From an uncultured Dorea sp. (GTDB taxonomy: Bacteria > Bacillota > Clostridia > Lachnospirales > Lachnospiraceae): DNA of 64,000 nucleotides. The stretch spans positions 29,172 through 93,171 of the forward strand of contig CAJULU010000003.1 in the NCBI GenBank assembly GCA_910587575.1, written 5' to 3'. Both the position numbers and the translations under genes were made by a program. Under the pieces are notes generated by a model. The model did not search any database. It was not told the origin of the DNA and saw nothing but the letters and a program-made list of their open reading frames with translations. Every line of letters begins with the position of its first letter. Position 1 is the first letter of the stretch. Positions 10,341-20,637 of this stretch are shown in pieces.

Positions 10341-11294
10341 ATGGCTGATTTAAAATTTATACAGGTAAATGAAACACTGGGCGCAAACCTGCTGAACATG
10401 GTGTGGGTACTTGTGGGCCTGATTGCAATCTATGCAGGAATTAAGAATCTGCTGGACGAGGAGAATCCGTCCAGATATGGAACTGCCCTGTTCTGGAGTT
10501 CTTTTGGCGTGGTATGTGCGTTTGGTACATGGCTGCCGGCGAAGGTTTCCGGCGTGCTGGTGATTGTGATGTGTCTTCCGCCGATTTTTAAGAAGGTGAA
10601 GGTAGGCAAGGTTGACACGCCCTCTAAGGAGCACACGATCGAGCAGTATCAGAAGGTGGGCATGAAGATCTTCTTCCCGGCGGTCTGCGTTGGTATCTTT
10701 TCGCTGGTTTTTGCATTTTTCAGCAATATCAGTTCGATGGTTGCGGTTACGCTTGGAGTTATTGTTGCAATGATCATTCTGATGGTTTATAATCCTAGTG
10801 AGAATAAACCGGTTGTGTTTTTAAAAGAGTCGGAGAGATTTCTTTCCATCATGGGTCCTCTCTGTATGCTTCCGCAGCTTCTTGGCTGTCTGGGAGGCGT
10901 GTTTACGGCTGCGGGCGTTGGAGACGTGGTTGCGGGTATTGTTGAGAAGATTGTTCCGAAGGGAAATGTCAATGTGGGAATCATTGTCTTTGCCATCGGT
11001 ATGGCAATCTTTACCATGATTATGGGAAATGCATTTGCGGCGATCACGGTTATCACCGTGGGAATCGGCGGTCCCTTCGTACTTGCATATGGGGCGGATC
11101 CGGTTACGATCGGTATGCTGGCTCTGACCTGTGGTTACTGCGGTACACTGTGTACGCCGATGGCGGCGAACTTTAATATCGTTCCGGTTGCGATCCTGAA
11201 CATGAAGGACCGCTGGGGCGTTATCAAGAAGCAGCTGGCTGTGGCGGTGATCATGCTGGTGTTCCAGATCGGTTATATGATTATTTTCAAATAG
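10341..11294 (+). CDS. DUF979 membrane protein (putative 5-oxoproline transporter subunit)
   Basis: FTMIMGNAFAA and GYCGTLCTPMAANFNIVP motifs. Confidence 0.85.
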   Translation: MADLKFIQVNETLGANLLNMVWVLVGLIAIYAGIKNLLDEENPSRYGTALFWSSFGVVCAFGTWLPAKVSGVLVIVMCLPPIFKKVKVGKVDTPSKEHTIEQYQKVGMKIFFPAVCVGIFSLVFAFFSNISSMVAVTLGVIVAMIILMVYNPSENKPVVFLKESERFLSIMGPLCMLPQLLGCLGGVFTAAGVGDVVAGIVEKIVPKGNVNVGIIVFAIGMAIFTMIMGNAFAAITVITVGIGGPFVLAYGADPVTIGMLALTCGYCGTLCTPMAANFNIVPVAILNMKDRWGVIKKQLAVAVIMLVFQIGYMIIFK

Positions 11295-11337
11295 AGTCCG
11301 GAGGATTCCGGTAAGGGATGGGAAGAGATGAGTAGAG

Positions 11338-12327
11338 ATGTCGCATAATATGGAGCGTGGCGCAAAGATTGTCGTGGAAAAATGGATGCGGGTGAAACCG
11401 TGGGATAAGCTTCTGATTGTTACGACCAGGGAACATACGGAAGAAGCAGAAGTGATCCGGCGGTTTGCAGGTGAACGGGTGCATTCTGTGAATACGCTGG
11501 TGGTGGAAGATACCGGACGGCATGTGGGTGTGTTCTTTGATACCAATGCAGAGGTGTTTGACCCGTATTCCGCAGTGATCGCAGCTACGGATTACTCGCT
11601 GGTGACCACAAAGGCGGCGAAGCGTGCGATCCAGAAGCACAAGAAGTTTCTGTCTCTTCCTCTTTCTACCAATGACGGAAGGTCTATGCTGGAATATGAT
11701 TTCATGACCATGGATATGAAGAAGAGCCGTCTCATGGCGAAGGTGATTATGAAATATCTCCGGCACAGTAAGTTTATCCATGTGACGACGCCTGCGGGAA
11801 CGGATCTTAAGGTATATAAGGAAAACCGGAATCCGGGTTTTTTTAACGGAGTGATTAAGGATGGGAAGGGATATTCATCTGCCAGCATCGAGGCTTATGT
11901 CTCCATCGAAGAGACGAAGACCGCCGGAGTGCTGGTGGTGGACGGTTCTTTCGGATATATCGGAAGACCCCGGGAGCCGGTGAGGGTTCTGTTTGAACAG
12001 GGAAGGGTCAGGGAGATTGAAGATAGCCCGGAGGGCAGGCGCCTTCTGCAGTATATGGAGGACTACCGGGATGACAGGATCTTTATTGGCGGTGAGTTTG
12101 GAATCGGCCTGAACTCTTACTCCCGCTGCCTTGGGAACTGCTATATTGAGGATGAGTCGGCATATGGGACTTTTCATATCGGCCTGGGGCGCAATCTTGC
12201 ACTGGGAGGAATGCAGAATGCCAACGGACATTTTGACCTGGTGTGCCTGGAGCCGGATATCTATACGGATAACAGACAGATTATGCAGCAGGGGAAGATT
12301 ATTATACCGGAACCTGTCGTGTATTAG
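11338..12327 (+). CDS. Aminopeptidase, thermophilic metalloprotease (M29)-like
   Basis: TPAGTDL, GEFGIGLN, EDE..YGTFHIGLG and GHFD motifs. Confidence 0.7.
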   Translation: MSHNMERGAKIVVEKWMRVKPWDKLLIVTTREHTEEAEVIRRFAGERVHSVNTLVVEDTGRHVGVFFDTNAEVFDPYSAVIAATDYSLVTTKAAKRAIQKHKKFLSLPLSTNDGRSMLEYDFMTMDMKKSRLMAKVIMKYLRHSKFIHVTTPAGTDLKVYKENRNPGFFNGVIKDGKGYSSASIEAYVSIEETKTAGVLVVDGSFGYIGRPREPVRVLFEQGRVREIEDSPEGRRLLQYMEDYRDDRIFIGGEFGIGLNSYSRCLGNCYIEDESAYGTFHIGLGRNLALGGMQNANGHFDLVCLEPDIYTDNRQIMQQGKIIIPEPVVY

Positions 12328-12347
12328 ATTAGACTTTTAGGAGGTAA

Positions 12348-12998
12348 GTGGCAGTGAAAGTATTAGTGACAGGATTTGACCCCTTCGGGGGAGAGCCGGT
12401 GAATCCGGCGTTTGAGGCGGTGAAGCTGCTTCCGGACGAGATTGCGGGCGCAGAGATCGTGAAGCTTGAGATACCCACCGTATTTTCTAAGAGCGGCCCG
12501 GCCGTGGAGGAAGGGATCCGGAAGTATGAACCGGACGTGGTCATTAATGTAGGACAGGCGGGCGGACGCTCCTGTGTGACCATTGAGCAGGTGGCGATCA
12601 ATCTGGCGGAGGCAAGGATTCCGGATAATGCCGGGGAGCAGCCTTCTGACGAACCCATTCAGAAGGAAGGGGAACCGGCCTATTATGCAACGATCCCGGT
12701 GAAGGCGATTGTGAAGAATGTACGGGATCACGGGATTCCGTGCCACATTTCTTACACGGCGGGGACCTACGTGTGCAACAGCGTGATGTATAACGTGCTT
12801 CACATGACGGCGAAGAAATATCCGCATATCCGCGCTGGATTTATCCATGTGCCGTTTGCAGCGCAGCAGGCGGTGGAAAAGCCCAACGGGACACCGTTTA
12901 TGTCTCTGGAGATGATTGCAAAATCTCTGGAGTATGCCATTGAGGCAACGGTGAAGAATAAAGAGGATATTGCGGGAGTGATGGGTGAGACCCATTAG
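12348..12998 (+). CDS. pcp: Pyroglutamyl-peptidase I
   Basis: VLVTGFDPFGGE, GQAGGR, AGTYVCN (catalytic Cys) and GFIHVP motifs; GTG start with AGGAGG RBS. Confidence 0.95.
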   Translation: MAVKVLVTGFDPFGGEPVNPAFEAVKLLPDEIAGAEIVKLEIPTVFSKSGPAVEEGIRKYEPDVVINVGQAGGRSCVTIEQVAINLAEARIPDNAGEQPSDEPIQKEGEPAYYATIPVKAIVKNVRDHGIPCHISYTAGTYVCNSVMYNVLHMTAKKYPHIRAGFIHVPFAAQQAVEKPNGTPFMSLEMIAKSLEYAIEATVKNKEDIAGVMGETH

Positions 12999-13106
12999 TA
13001 ATTTTTATGGGTGTATTGCTTGATGTTATCTCTTTCACACAGGCGTCCGACCGAATATGCAGGAACGAGCCTCTGAATAAAAGGGTTGGCTACTGGAAGG
13101 AGTATA

Positions 13107-13135
13107 TAAAAGGGGGGCAGACAATGTCTGCCCCC
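13107..13135 (-). terminator. Intrinsic terminator between the convergent pcp and NCS2 permease genes
   Basis: GGGGGCAGAC-AAT-GTCTGCCCCC stem with A-run on the left. Confidence 0.7.
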
Positions 13136-13207
13136 GGTATTTTGGACTGGTCATTCCCGACAGCCACCTTAAAAAGTTACCTGGTAATTATATAGATGAT
13201 TTGCTTC

Positions 13208-14590
13208 TTATAGGAATAGATATTTCAGTATAAACAATACCGCCAGTACATACATCAGCAGACTGATCTTCTTTTCTTTCGCCTTTCCCGTAATCAGATT
13301 CAATGCCACATAAGAGATCACACCCATGGAAATCCCTTCAGAGATACTATAGAAAAACGGCATTGCCGCAATGCAGATATAACACGGCAGAGCCTCGGAA
13401 ATATCATTAAAATCAATATTCACAACATTTGTCAACATATAGAATCCGACCACAATCAGCGCCGGCGCCGTTGCAAAGGACGGAATCGCCAGAAAGATCG
13501 GAGAGAGGAACAAGGCCAGTCCGAACAGAATCGCAGTGGTTACAGAGGTAAGCCCTGTCTTGCCGCCTTCTGTGACGCCGGAAGCGCTCTCTACAAATGT
13601 GGTAGTAGTGGTGGTTCCCAGTACCGCTCCCGCCGTAGTGGCCACCGCATCCGCCATAAGCGCACCTTTGATCCTGGGAAGTTTCCCTTCTTCATCCAGC
13701 ATATCTGCCTTGGAAGCCACACCAATAAGGGTTCCGATGGTGTCAAACATATCCACAAATAAGAATGCAAAGATTACCACAATAAAATTCAGTGAAAAGA
13801 TTCCGCTAAACTGCAGTTTCCCAAATACCGGCATAATACTCGGTACGGACAGTCCGTTGCTGAAATCGGGAAGAAGACCGTAAAATCCCAGTTCCGGATT
13901 GGGAACATAGAGACCCGTAAACTGACAGATGATTCCAAGAATCCAGGTAATCAGAATCCCCCACAGAATATTTCCCTTAATATTCTTAATGACCAGAATT
14001 CCAGTGATGATTACGCCGATGATCGCAAGCAGAACCGTGATTCCCACATCCTGCATTCCGGCTGCGGTTCCGTTGGCAAGATTATAACCGTCTATGGAGA
14101 ACAGTTCCACCAGTGTCGCACCGCTGATTACGATATTCGCATTCTGAAGCCCGATAAATGCGATAAACAGACCAATCCCTACGCTGACTGCAGCCTTGAG
14201 GTTCAGCGGGATTGCATTAAAGATCGCCTCACGCACATTGGTAAGGGACAGAACGATAAAGATAATTCCCTCTACGAACACTGCCGTAAGCGCCACTTCC
14301 CATTCGTATCCCATGCCCAGGACCACGGTATAGGCAAAGTAGGCGTTCAGCCCCATTCCGGGTGCAAGTGCAAAGGGATAATTCGCCAGGAACGCCATCA
14401 GAAGCGTACCGAGAAACGATGCAAGTGCGGTTGCCGTAAACACAGCCCCCTGATCCATTCCGGCAGCGGCCAGGATGCTTGGATTCACGGCAAGAATGTA
14501 TGCCATTGTCATAAAAGTGGTAATCCCCGCAAGTACCTCTGTACGGATATCTGTCTTGTTTTCTTCCAGTTTGAAGAATTTTTCTAACAT
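13208..14590 (-). CDS. NCS2/AzgA family purine permease
   Basis: EVLAGITTFMTMAYILAVNP, APGMGLNAYF, DMFDTIGTL and ESASGV motifs. Confidence 0.9.
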   Translation of the reverse strand: MLEKFFKLEENKTDIRTEVLAGITTFMTMAYILAVNPSILAAAGMDQGAVFTATALASFLGTLLMAFLANYPFALAPGMGLNAYFAYTVVLGMGYEWEVALTAVFVEGIIFIVLSLTNVREAIFNAIPLNLKAAVSVGIGLFIAFIGLQNANIVISGATLVELFSIDGYNLANGTAAGMQDVGITVLLAIIGVIITGILVIKNIKGNILWGILITWILGIICQFTGLYVPNPELGFYGLLPDFSNGLSVPSIMPVFGKLQFSGIFSLNFIVVIFAFLFVDMFDTIGTLIGVASKADMLDEEGKLPRIKGALMADAVATTAGAVLGTTTTTTFVESASGVTEGGKTGLTSVTTAILFGLALFLSPIFLAIPSFATAPALIVVGFYMLTNVVNIDFNDISEALPCYICIAAMPFFYSISEGISMGVISYVALNLITGKAKEKKISLLMYVLAVLFILKYLFL

Positions 14591-14791
14591 CTTCTTCCTC
14601 CTTTTCTCTCATGCTGTAGCAATAACATAGATTGATAACCAGAGTATGCCTTCGCATACTACCACTTATTTTAGCAAAATAATGTCTTAAAGTAAATGTT
14701 CTCTGTCTATTTTCTTTTATTTTGATATGCGTGTGATATAATAGGAAGTATCATGATCAAAAAAGCAACAGAAAAAGGAGACACATATCCC

Positions 14792-16366
14792 ATGAAAAGA
14801 CGGAAAAGAATTTATCTGTATATGACCGTAATCTTACTGTTTCTCTATGTCGGACTAGTGACGCTTCTTTACTTTTCCGAATACACCAGCAATAGTGCAT
14901 CCATCCGTACATTTGGCGATGCATTCTGGTACTCTCTGGTGACGCTGACGACTGTGGGTTATGGAGACCTGACGCCGGTAACGCCTCTGGGGCATGCGGT
15001 TGGAGTAGTTTTTCTGTTCCTGTCCGCAGGCATGATGATGACATTATTCGGGGCAGTGATATCCTTTGTCACAAGTGAAGGGCTGCCTTTTCTTATGCTT
15101 GGATTTCAGCGGAAGAAAAACTGGTACTATTTTGCAGATTATGGTGCGGAAGCAAACACGCTGGCAGGCAACATCTATAAGGAAGATTCGGAGGCCGTAA
15201 TCATTTTCGGAGAGAAAAGGGATGAACAGATGGAATTTCCGGATTATCCCTGCCTGTTTATCAGCGCATCGCCGGCCCGGATTGTAGCATGTAAGAAAGG
15301 GACTGGTTCGGAATGCAAGATTTTTCTGATGAAGGAAAATGATATCGGAGTGAACAGCCGTGCAATTGATTTACATAAATTACCTGTCAAAGTCTATGCC
15401 AGGACGACCAACGGACACGACCATCTTTCGGGAAATATTAATTTTTTTCACAGCTATGACTGCTGTGCCAGGCAATACTGGCGTTCCAGAGCGCTTTGCA
15501 GCCATGAAAATACGATTATACTGATTGGATTCGGGAACTATGGCCGCTGCATTCTGGAACGGGCAATCCTTACGAATATCATTTCTGCAGATCAGCATGT
15601 GGCTTATCATATCTTTGGAGATGCAGGAGAATTTCTTGCCATGCACAGCCATCTCCACGAGATGTTTTCGATGGGGGAAGAGTCTGAGAAGAGAGACTCC
15701 CTCATCTTCCACGAAGAGATCTGGGAAACGAACCATACGCTTTTAGAGCGGGCGGACCGAATTATCATCTGTCCGGATGACGAACCGGAAGGCTGGAACA
15801 TCTTCTGGCGGCTGGATCAGTACTATAAGATCTGCGGACAGATTCATCTGCATAGTAACCGCAAGGCTCCCGGTGTGTCTTATTTCGGAACCAATGAGGA
15901 GATCTACACTCCAAATCAGATTATGCGGACTGCTCTGAACCGGGCGGCGATTACGATCAATGAGATTTTCTGCAGATCCGTGTCTTATCCGACTCTTAGC
16001 TGGGACGAACTGGATGATTTCCACAGAGAGTCTAAAATCACTGCTGCGGATCATATCCTGATGAAAATCCGTATTCTTCTGAAAGACGAGACGATTACAG
16101 ATTTTACGACAGAAACAGTAGAAAAAGCATATCAGAAATATTGTGAAACAAAAACGGACAGATCCGTACAGGATATGTACCGCAGGATTGACCATCTGCG
16201 CTGGCTGCGCTTTTATACTTTTTACAACTGGAGCTACGGACCTGTGCGGGATGATGCGGCAAGGGTGCATCCCATGCTGTGCTCTTATACGGAGCTCAGT
16301 GCAGAACAGAAGAAAGAGCGGGATGCTGCATGGGAACTTCTGGGCAGTTTTTCAGTGGAACGTTAG
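14792..16366 (+). CDS. Two-TM potassium channel domain protein with degenerate RCK/TrkA-like domains and C-terminal RyR-like domain
   Basis: Selectivity filter TTVGYGD; IGFGNYG Rossmann-like motif; HLRW...WSYGPVRDDAARVHPMLCSYTELS matches the RyR repeat pattern. Confidence 0.7.
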   Translation: MKRRKRIYLYMTVILLFLYVGLVTLLYFSEYTSNSASIRTFGDAFWYSLVTLTTVGYGDLTPVTPLGHAVGVVFLFLSAGMMMTLFGAVISFVTSEGLPFLMLGFQRKKNWYYFADYGAEANTLAGNIYKEDSEAVIIFGEKRDEQMEFPDYPCLFISASPARIVACKKGTGSECKIFLMKENDIGVNSRAIDLHKLPVKVYARTTNGHDHLSGNINFFHSYDCCARQYWRSRALCSHENTIILIGFGNYGRCILERAILTNIISADQHVAYHIFGDAGEFLAMHSHLHEMFSMGEESEKRDSLIFHEEIWETNHTLLERADRIIICPDDEPEGWNIFWRLDQYYKICGQIHLHSNRKAPGVSYFGTNEEIYTPNQIMRTALNRAAITINEIFCRSVSYPTLSWDELDDFHRESKITAADHILMKIRILLKDETITDFTTETVEKAYQKYCETKTDRSVQDMYRRIDHLRWLRFYTFYNWSYGPVRDDAARVHPMLCSYTELSAEQKKERDAAWELLGSFSVER

Positions 16367-16516
16367 ATAAGGCTTATGCATTAAGATATTTTTAAGAATT
16401 CTGTCAGGTTTCTTTTAAGTCGGATATCTTATAGTACCTGTGTAAGAAACAACAGGCAAAATACAGCAGGTAACCGGAAGCCGGACCTGAAGATGTACAG
16501 AAACGGAGGGATGTCT

Positions 16517-17224
16517 ATGGAAGCGGATACGATACTGGTGGTAGACGACAATAAAGAAATCGTATATTCCATCAGCGAACTGCTGAAATACGAAGGGTAT
16601 CAGGTCGTAAAGGCCTATGACGGCATGGAGGCGCTGGAGGCAATGGAGCGGCAGAGGATTGACCTGATTCTGCTGGATGTCATGATGCCAAGGATGAACG
16701 GACTGTCTGCGCTTATGAAGCTGCGGGAGAAGAGTAAGATTCCTGTGATTATTCTGTCGGCAAAGACGGAGGAGAGCGACAAGGTGTCGGGACTGGTGCT
16801 GGGAGCGGATGATTATGTGGAGAAGCCTTACCAGCCGGCAGAACTGACGGCAAGGATCAAAGCACATCTGCGGCGGTATCACGTCTGGGGAGCGCAGAAG
16901 CCCAAGGAGGATGAGGACAGGATTGTCAACGGAGGACTGGTGCTTGATAAGAAGCAGAAGCTGGTGATTGTGGAAGGGGAGGAGGTGCGCCTGACCGCTA
17001 CGGAATATAAGATCATGGAGCTTCTGATGGACCATCCGGGGCAGATATTCCCGGCAGAGCAGATCTATGAGATTGTGTGGAATGAGAAGGCGGATTTTGC
17101 CGTTGAGAATACGGTGATGGTGCATATCCGCCATATCCGTGAGAAAGTGGAGATTGATTGTAAGAAACCAAGATATGTAAAGGTGGTGTGGGGCATTGGA
17201 TACAAGATGGAAAAATATGACTGA
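16517..17224 (+). CDS. OmpR family response regulator
   Basis: VVDD, LLDVMMP and GADDYVEKP motifs; winged helix ending VWGIGYK. Confidence 0.92.
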   Translation: MEADTILVVDDNKEIVYSISELLKYEGYQVVKAYDGMEALEAMERQRIDLILLDVMMPRMNGLSALMKLREKSKIPVIILSAKTEESDKVSGLVLGADDYVEKPYQPAELTARIKAHLRRYHVWGAQKPKEDEDRIVNGGLVLDKKQKLVIVEGEEVRLTATEYKIMELLMDHPGQIFPAEQIYEIVWNEKADFAVENTVMVHIRHIREKVEIDCKKPRYVKVVWGIGYKMEKYD

Positions 17225-18458
17225 TGGAATTTATCTTTTCATTCAGAAGAAATGGATTTCGATACCTGGTCTGATTCTGATGGTTTTTGGAGCAGTGGGT
17301 TTCTGGATTATGATTACTTACCGGCGGATGTACGACACAAAGACGGTTCTGGCCTTTGGTGCATTGCTGAATATATGTGTGGGAGTTGGAATCATCCTTC
17401 TCTTGAAACAATATCTGAAGAAAAAATATCAGGAGTGTAGTCAGGAGAAGGAATGGGGCTATGAGAAATGGAAGAGCAGTGAGGCGGATTCCTTTAAGCG
17501 GCTTAACAGGGCATTTGCAGTCTGCGCTCTGGCAGCTGTCTGGTATCTGTATAATCTTGTGTATGGTTATTCCTTTGGCTGGCTTTATAATTATGCCACC
17601 GGCTATGTGGTGGTGATCACAGTCCTGGTTCAGTTTCTGGCTGCCAGGAAGATTGTCGCACAGTTCTGGTGCGGGAAACTGGATGGGGTCATGGGTCAGA
17701 TGGACCGGAAACTGGAGGAGCGTCTGGAAGAAGCGTTAGAGATAGAACGGAAAAGTCTTGAGAAGGTATCGCGCAGCGATCAGCTTCGGGTTGATCTGAT
17801 TACGAATGTCTCTCATGATCTGAAGACACCCCTTACTTCCATGGTGGGCTATCTGGAACTGATCAAGAAAGAAGAGTTAAGTGACGTTGTGCGGGATTAT
17901 ATTGATGTGATCTCAGCACGGACAGATAAACTGAAGGAGATGATCAACAGCCTGTTTTCACTGGCCAAGGCAAGCAGCGGCAACGTGGAGCTGCAGAAAG
18001 AAAATTTTGAGGTTAACCGGCTGATCGAACAGATTTTTGCAGACATGGATGACCAGATTAAGGAAAGTGAACTGAAGTTTGTCGTACAGCTTGCGAAGGA
18101 GAGTACGATGATTTATTCGGATAACACTTATTTTTATCGTATCTGCCAGAATCTGGTTGAAAATGCGCTGAAGTATTCTGCAAAGGGAACCCGTGTATTT
18201 GTGAAGACCTGTCTGAAAGGAGATTCACAAGAGAAACGGAATCTCTGTATCGAGATTACCAATACGGCAGGATATCTGATGGATTTTACGAAGGAGGATA
18301 TTGTAGAGCGGTTTGCGCGAGGGGATCAGTCCAGGACGAGCGAAGGCAACGGACTGGGGCTGGCGATTGTGAGTACCTATGCAAAGGCGCTGGGAGGAGA
18401 GTTTGATATCAAGATTGACTGCGATCAGTTTAAGGCGTGTCTGGAATTTGAAATGTGA
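17196..18458 (+). CDS. Membrane sensor histidine kinase
   Basis: H-box NVSHDLKTPLTS, N-box NLVENALKYS, G-box GNGLGLAI; several TM segments. Confidence 0.9.
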   Translation: MDTRWKNMTDGIYLFIQKKWISIPGLILMVFGAVGFWIMITYRRMYDTKTVLAFGALLNICVGVGIILLLKQYLKKKYQECSQEKEWGYEKWKSSEADSFKRLNRAFAVCALAAVWYLYNLVYGYSFGWLYNYATGYVVVITVLVQFLAARKIVAQFWCGKLDGVMGQMDRKLEERLEEALEIERKSLEKVSRSDQLRVDLITNVSHDLKTPLTSMVGYLELIKKEELSDVVRDYIDVISARTDKLKEMINSLFSLAKASSGNVELQKENFEVNRLIEQIFADMDDQIKESELKFVVQLAKESTMIYSDNTYFYRICQNLVENALKYSAKGTRVFVKTCLKGDSQEKRNLCIEITNTAGYLMDFTKEDIVERFARGDQSRTSEGNGLGLAIVSTYAKALGGEFDIKIDCDQFKACLEFEM

Positions 18459-18483
18459 AAAGCCGTTTTATCTATAATACAAA

Positions 18484-18526
18484 AGAATGCCGGGAAATGA
18501 CCTCTGAAGTCACTTCCCGGCATTCT
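18484..18526. terminator. Bidirectional terminator
   Basis: 13-bp stem AGAATGCCGGGAA / TTCCCGGCATTCT between convergent genes. Confidence 0.75.
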
Positions 18527-18563
18527 CCTGTAAATGAGATAGAATGACAGAGCAACGGATTCT

Positions 18564-20363
18564 TTATCTGCTGTTGAGTTCATTCTCAAGTAAGTCAAAC
18601 TGTCCGGTCTTAAGGGCTTTCTGATAATTCTCATTGGCCTGACGGATAAACTCCTCATCATTACGCTTCTCTGGCGGTATGTATGCATGCCCCATCTGTC
18701 TCTGACGGAGATTGAACTGATTCATTTCCTCTTCAAGAAGCCTTGCGTCTTCACGCATCTCTGTACTTGCCGCCGCAGCTTCCTCGTTCACGGACAGATT
18801 CGATGTGATGGATTCATTAATAAATTCTACCTGCTCGTGGATACGTGAAATTGCATCCTCCTGCTTCTGTGAAGAAGTAGAAATATTATTTACCGTCTCA
18901 ATAATGCTGTCAAGGTCGTCAACAACGTGCTGGAAGGTTTCAAATGCCTCGGAACTGATCTGGCTTCCGTCCTTCGTTGCGCGCATCGTATCTTCGATCA
19001 GCTGCTTACTCTCATTCGCAGCATCGGCGCTCTTGAGGGCAAGAACACGTACTTCATCCGCAACCACAGCAAATCCTTTTCCCGCTTCCCCTGCACGGGC
19101 TGCTTCCACAGCGGCGTTCAATGCCAGAATGTTTGTCTGGAAAGCTATGTCATCAATCAGTTTGATAACATTGGCAATCTTCTGGGAAGACTTATTGATC
19201 TCATCCACAGACTTGACCAGCAGTCCCATCTTGGCATTACTGTCCTGCATATCCTGAAGGATAGAATGAGAAAGCTCGGTTGCGTGCTGGACTTCCACAC
19301 CGTTCTGGGTTACAAGATCTCTGGTCTCATCGGTGGAACTGTTCAGTTCATTGATTGCAACCACCTGCTTTGAGGCAGTGTCCGCCAGCATCTGGCTTGC
19401 ATTTGCAATATTCTGCGAAGCGGACGCAACGGACATGGCTATCTCAATAATCTTGGCAAACATAAAGTCATTGGACTGTACAAGGTGGTACAGATTCCTG
19501 CCCAGTGAATCCTCCTGGGAGCGGATATTCACGAATACGGTCATGTCGCCCTGGGCGAGACGTTTCACGACATCCACGTTCTCGTGAATACTCTCTACCA
19601 TACGCTGGAATGAATGGATCATGGAACCGATCTCATTATCTTCGTTACCTTTCAGTATCTTCTGTTCAAAGTCAATCGCATCCGCACCCATGGACAGTTT
19701 CTCCGACCATTCGGCCACAGCCGTAATCGGACGGGAAATCTGCTTCGCAGAGCGGTTCCCATAGAACATTGCAATCAGGAAACCTGCCAGTGCGCATACA
19801 ATATTCAGTACAATCATGATAAAAATCAGCCGGTCCATCTTCTCAGAAGCCTCATTGGCAATACTCTCATATTGGGAAGATATCTTGCCCAATCCATCAA
19901 TGACCTGTTCTGTCAGAGGCTTAAGCTCTTCGGTGAAACGCATATATGCCGCAGATGAATCTGTCTTTGCGAGTTCCAGAACGTCAGAAGCCAGTGTGTG
20001 CATCTCCTGATGGGGATCCTGAATCGCTGTCAGGGTATTGCGAATCGTAGAATCGGAAAGATCTGAGTCATTCACTCCTGCCATCCATTGACCTAAAAGA
20101 CAGGTATTGTAATCCAGGCTTCCCTTAAATTCTGTTCCGTTCAGCACACTTTCGTTAAACAGTTCCAGCCATTCATAATGTTTCGCCAGTGCGGTCTGGG
20201 TGGCCGCCTGATTATCGCGGTTACTGGATACGACACGGTAATCCCTGCTGATCTGTAATAGAGACACCAGAGAGATTACAACTAACAGACACATTACCAG
20301 GATTACATGGCGATATCCTGATAATATCTGTTTTCGGATTGAATTAACCTTTTTTTTCTTCAT
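18564..20363 (-). CDS. Methyl-accepting chemotaxis protein with CZB-like sensor
   Basis: MCP hairpin [34 protein letters not shown]; two TM helices; KHYEW...CLLGQW...HQEMH zinc motif. Confidence 0.9.
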   Translation of the reverse strand: MKKKKVNSIRKQILSGYRHVILVMCLLVVISLVSLLQISRDYRVVSSNRDNQAATQTALAKHYEWLELFNESVLNGTEFKGSLDYNTCLLGQWMAGVNDSDLSDSTIRNTLTAIQDPHQEMHTLASDVLELAKTDSSAAYMRFTEELKPLTEQVIDGLGKISSQYESIANEASEKMDRLIFIMIVLNIVCALAGFLIAMFYGNRSAKQISRPITAVAEWSEKLSMGADAIDFEQKILKGNEDNEIGSMIHSFQRMVESIHENVDVVKRLAQGDMTVFVNIRSQEDSLGRNLYHLVQSNDFMFAKIIEIAMSVASASQNIANASQMLADTASKQVVAINELNSSTDETRDLVTQNGVEVQHATELSHSILQDMQDSNAKMGLLVKSVDEINKSSQKIANVIKLIDDIAFQTNILALNAAVEAARAGEAGKGFAVVADEVRVLALKSADAANESKQLIEDTMRATKDGSQISSEAFETFQHVVDDLDSIIETVNNISTSSQKQEDAISRIHEQVEFINESITSNLSVNEEAAAASTEMREDARLLEEEMNQFNLRQRQMGHAYIPPEKRNDEEFIRQANENYQKALKTGQFDLLENELNSR

Positions 20364-20637
20364 TTCATCATTCCTCTTTTTGCAGTTGTATTGATCCTGT
20401 AGTTCAAATCTTTTTTTATTATATCAAAACCTATGTGAATGTTCAAGTAGGGATGTATGAAAATAATAACTTTTACTGTTTTCCAGGTGATTTTACAGAT
20501 TTTTTTCTATAATACACATGTGGATAGTAAAATATTGAGATATGGATAGAAAAAGCCGGGACAGGCAGCCGGGAATATGCTAAAATTAAAAAAATCTGCA
20601 TTCTGCATATATAGAAAGGAAGGAGGGAGCAGAAAAG

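Noticed and set aside
13007..13195. 62-aa ORF or sRNA between pcp and the permease
   Set aside because: No RBS, spans a terminator hairpin, and no recognisable motif.
14592..14700. Canonical purine riboswitch upstream of the NCS2 permease
   Set aside because: The conserved UAUAAU...AUAUGG...GUUUCUAC...CCGUAAA core is absent.
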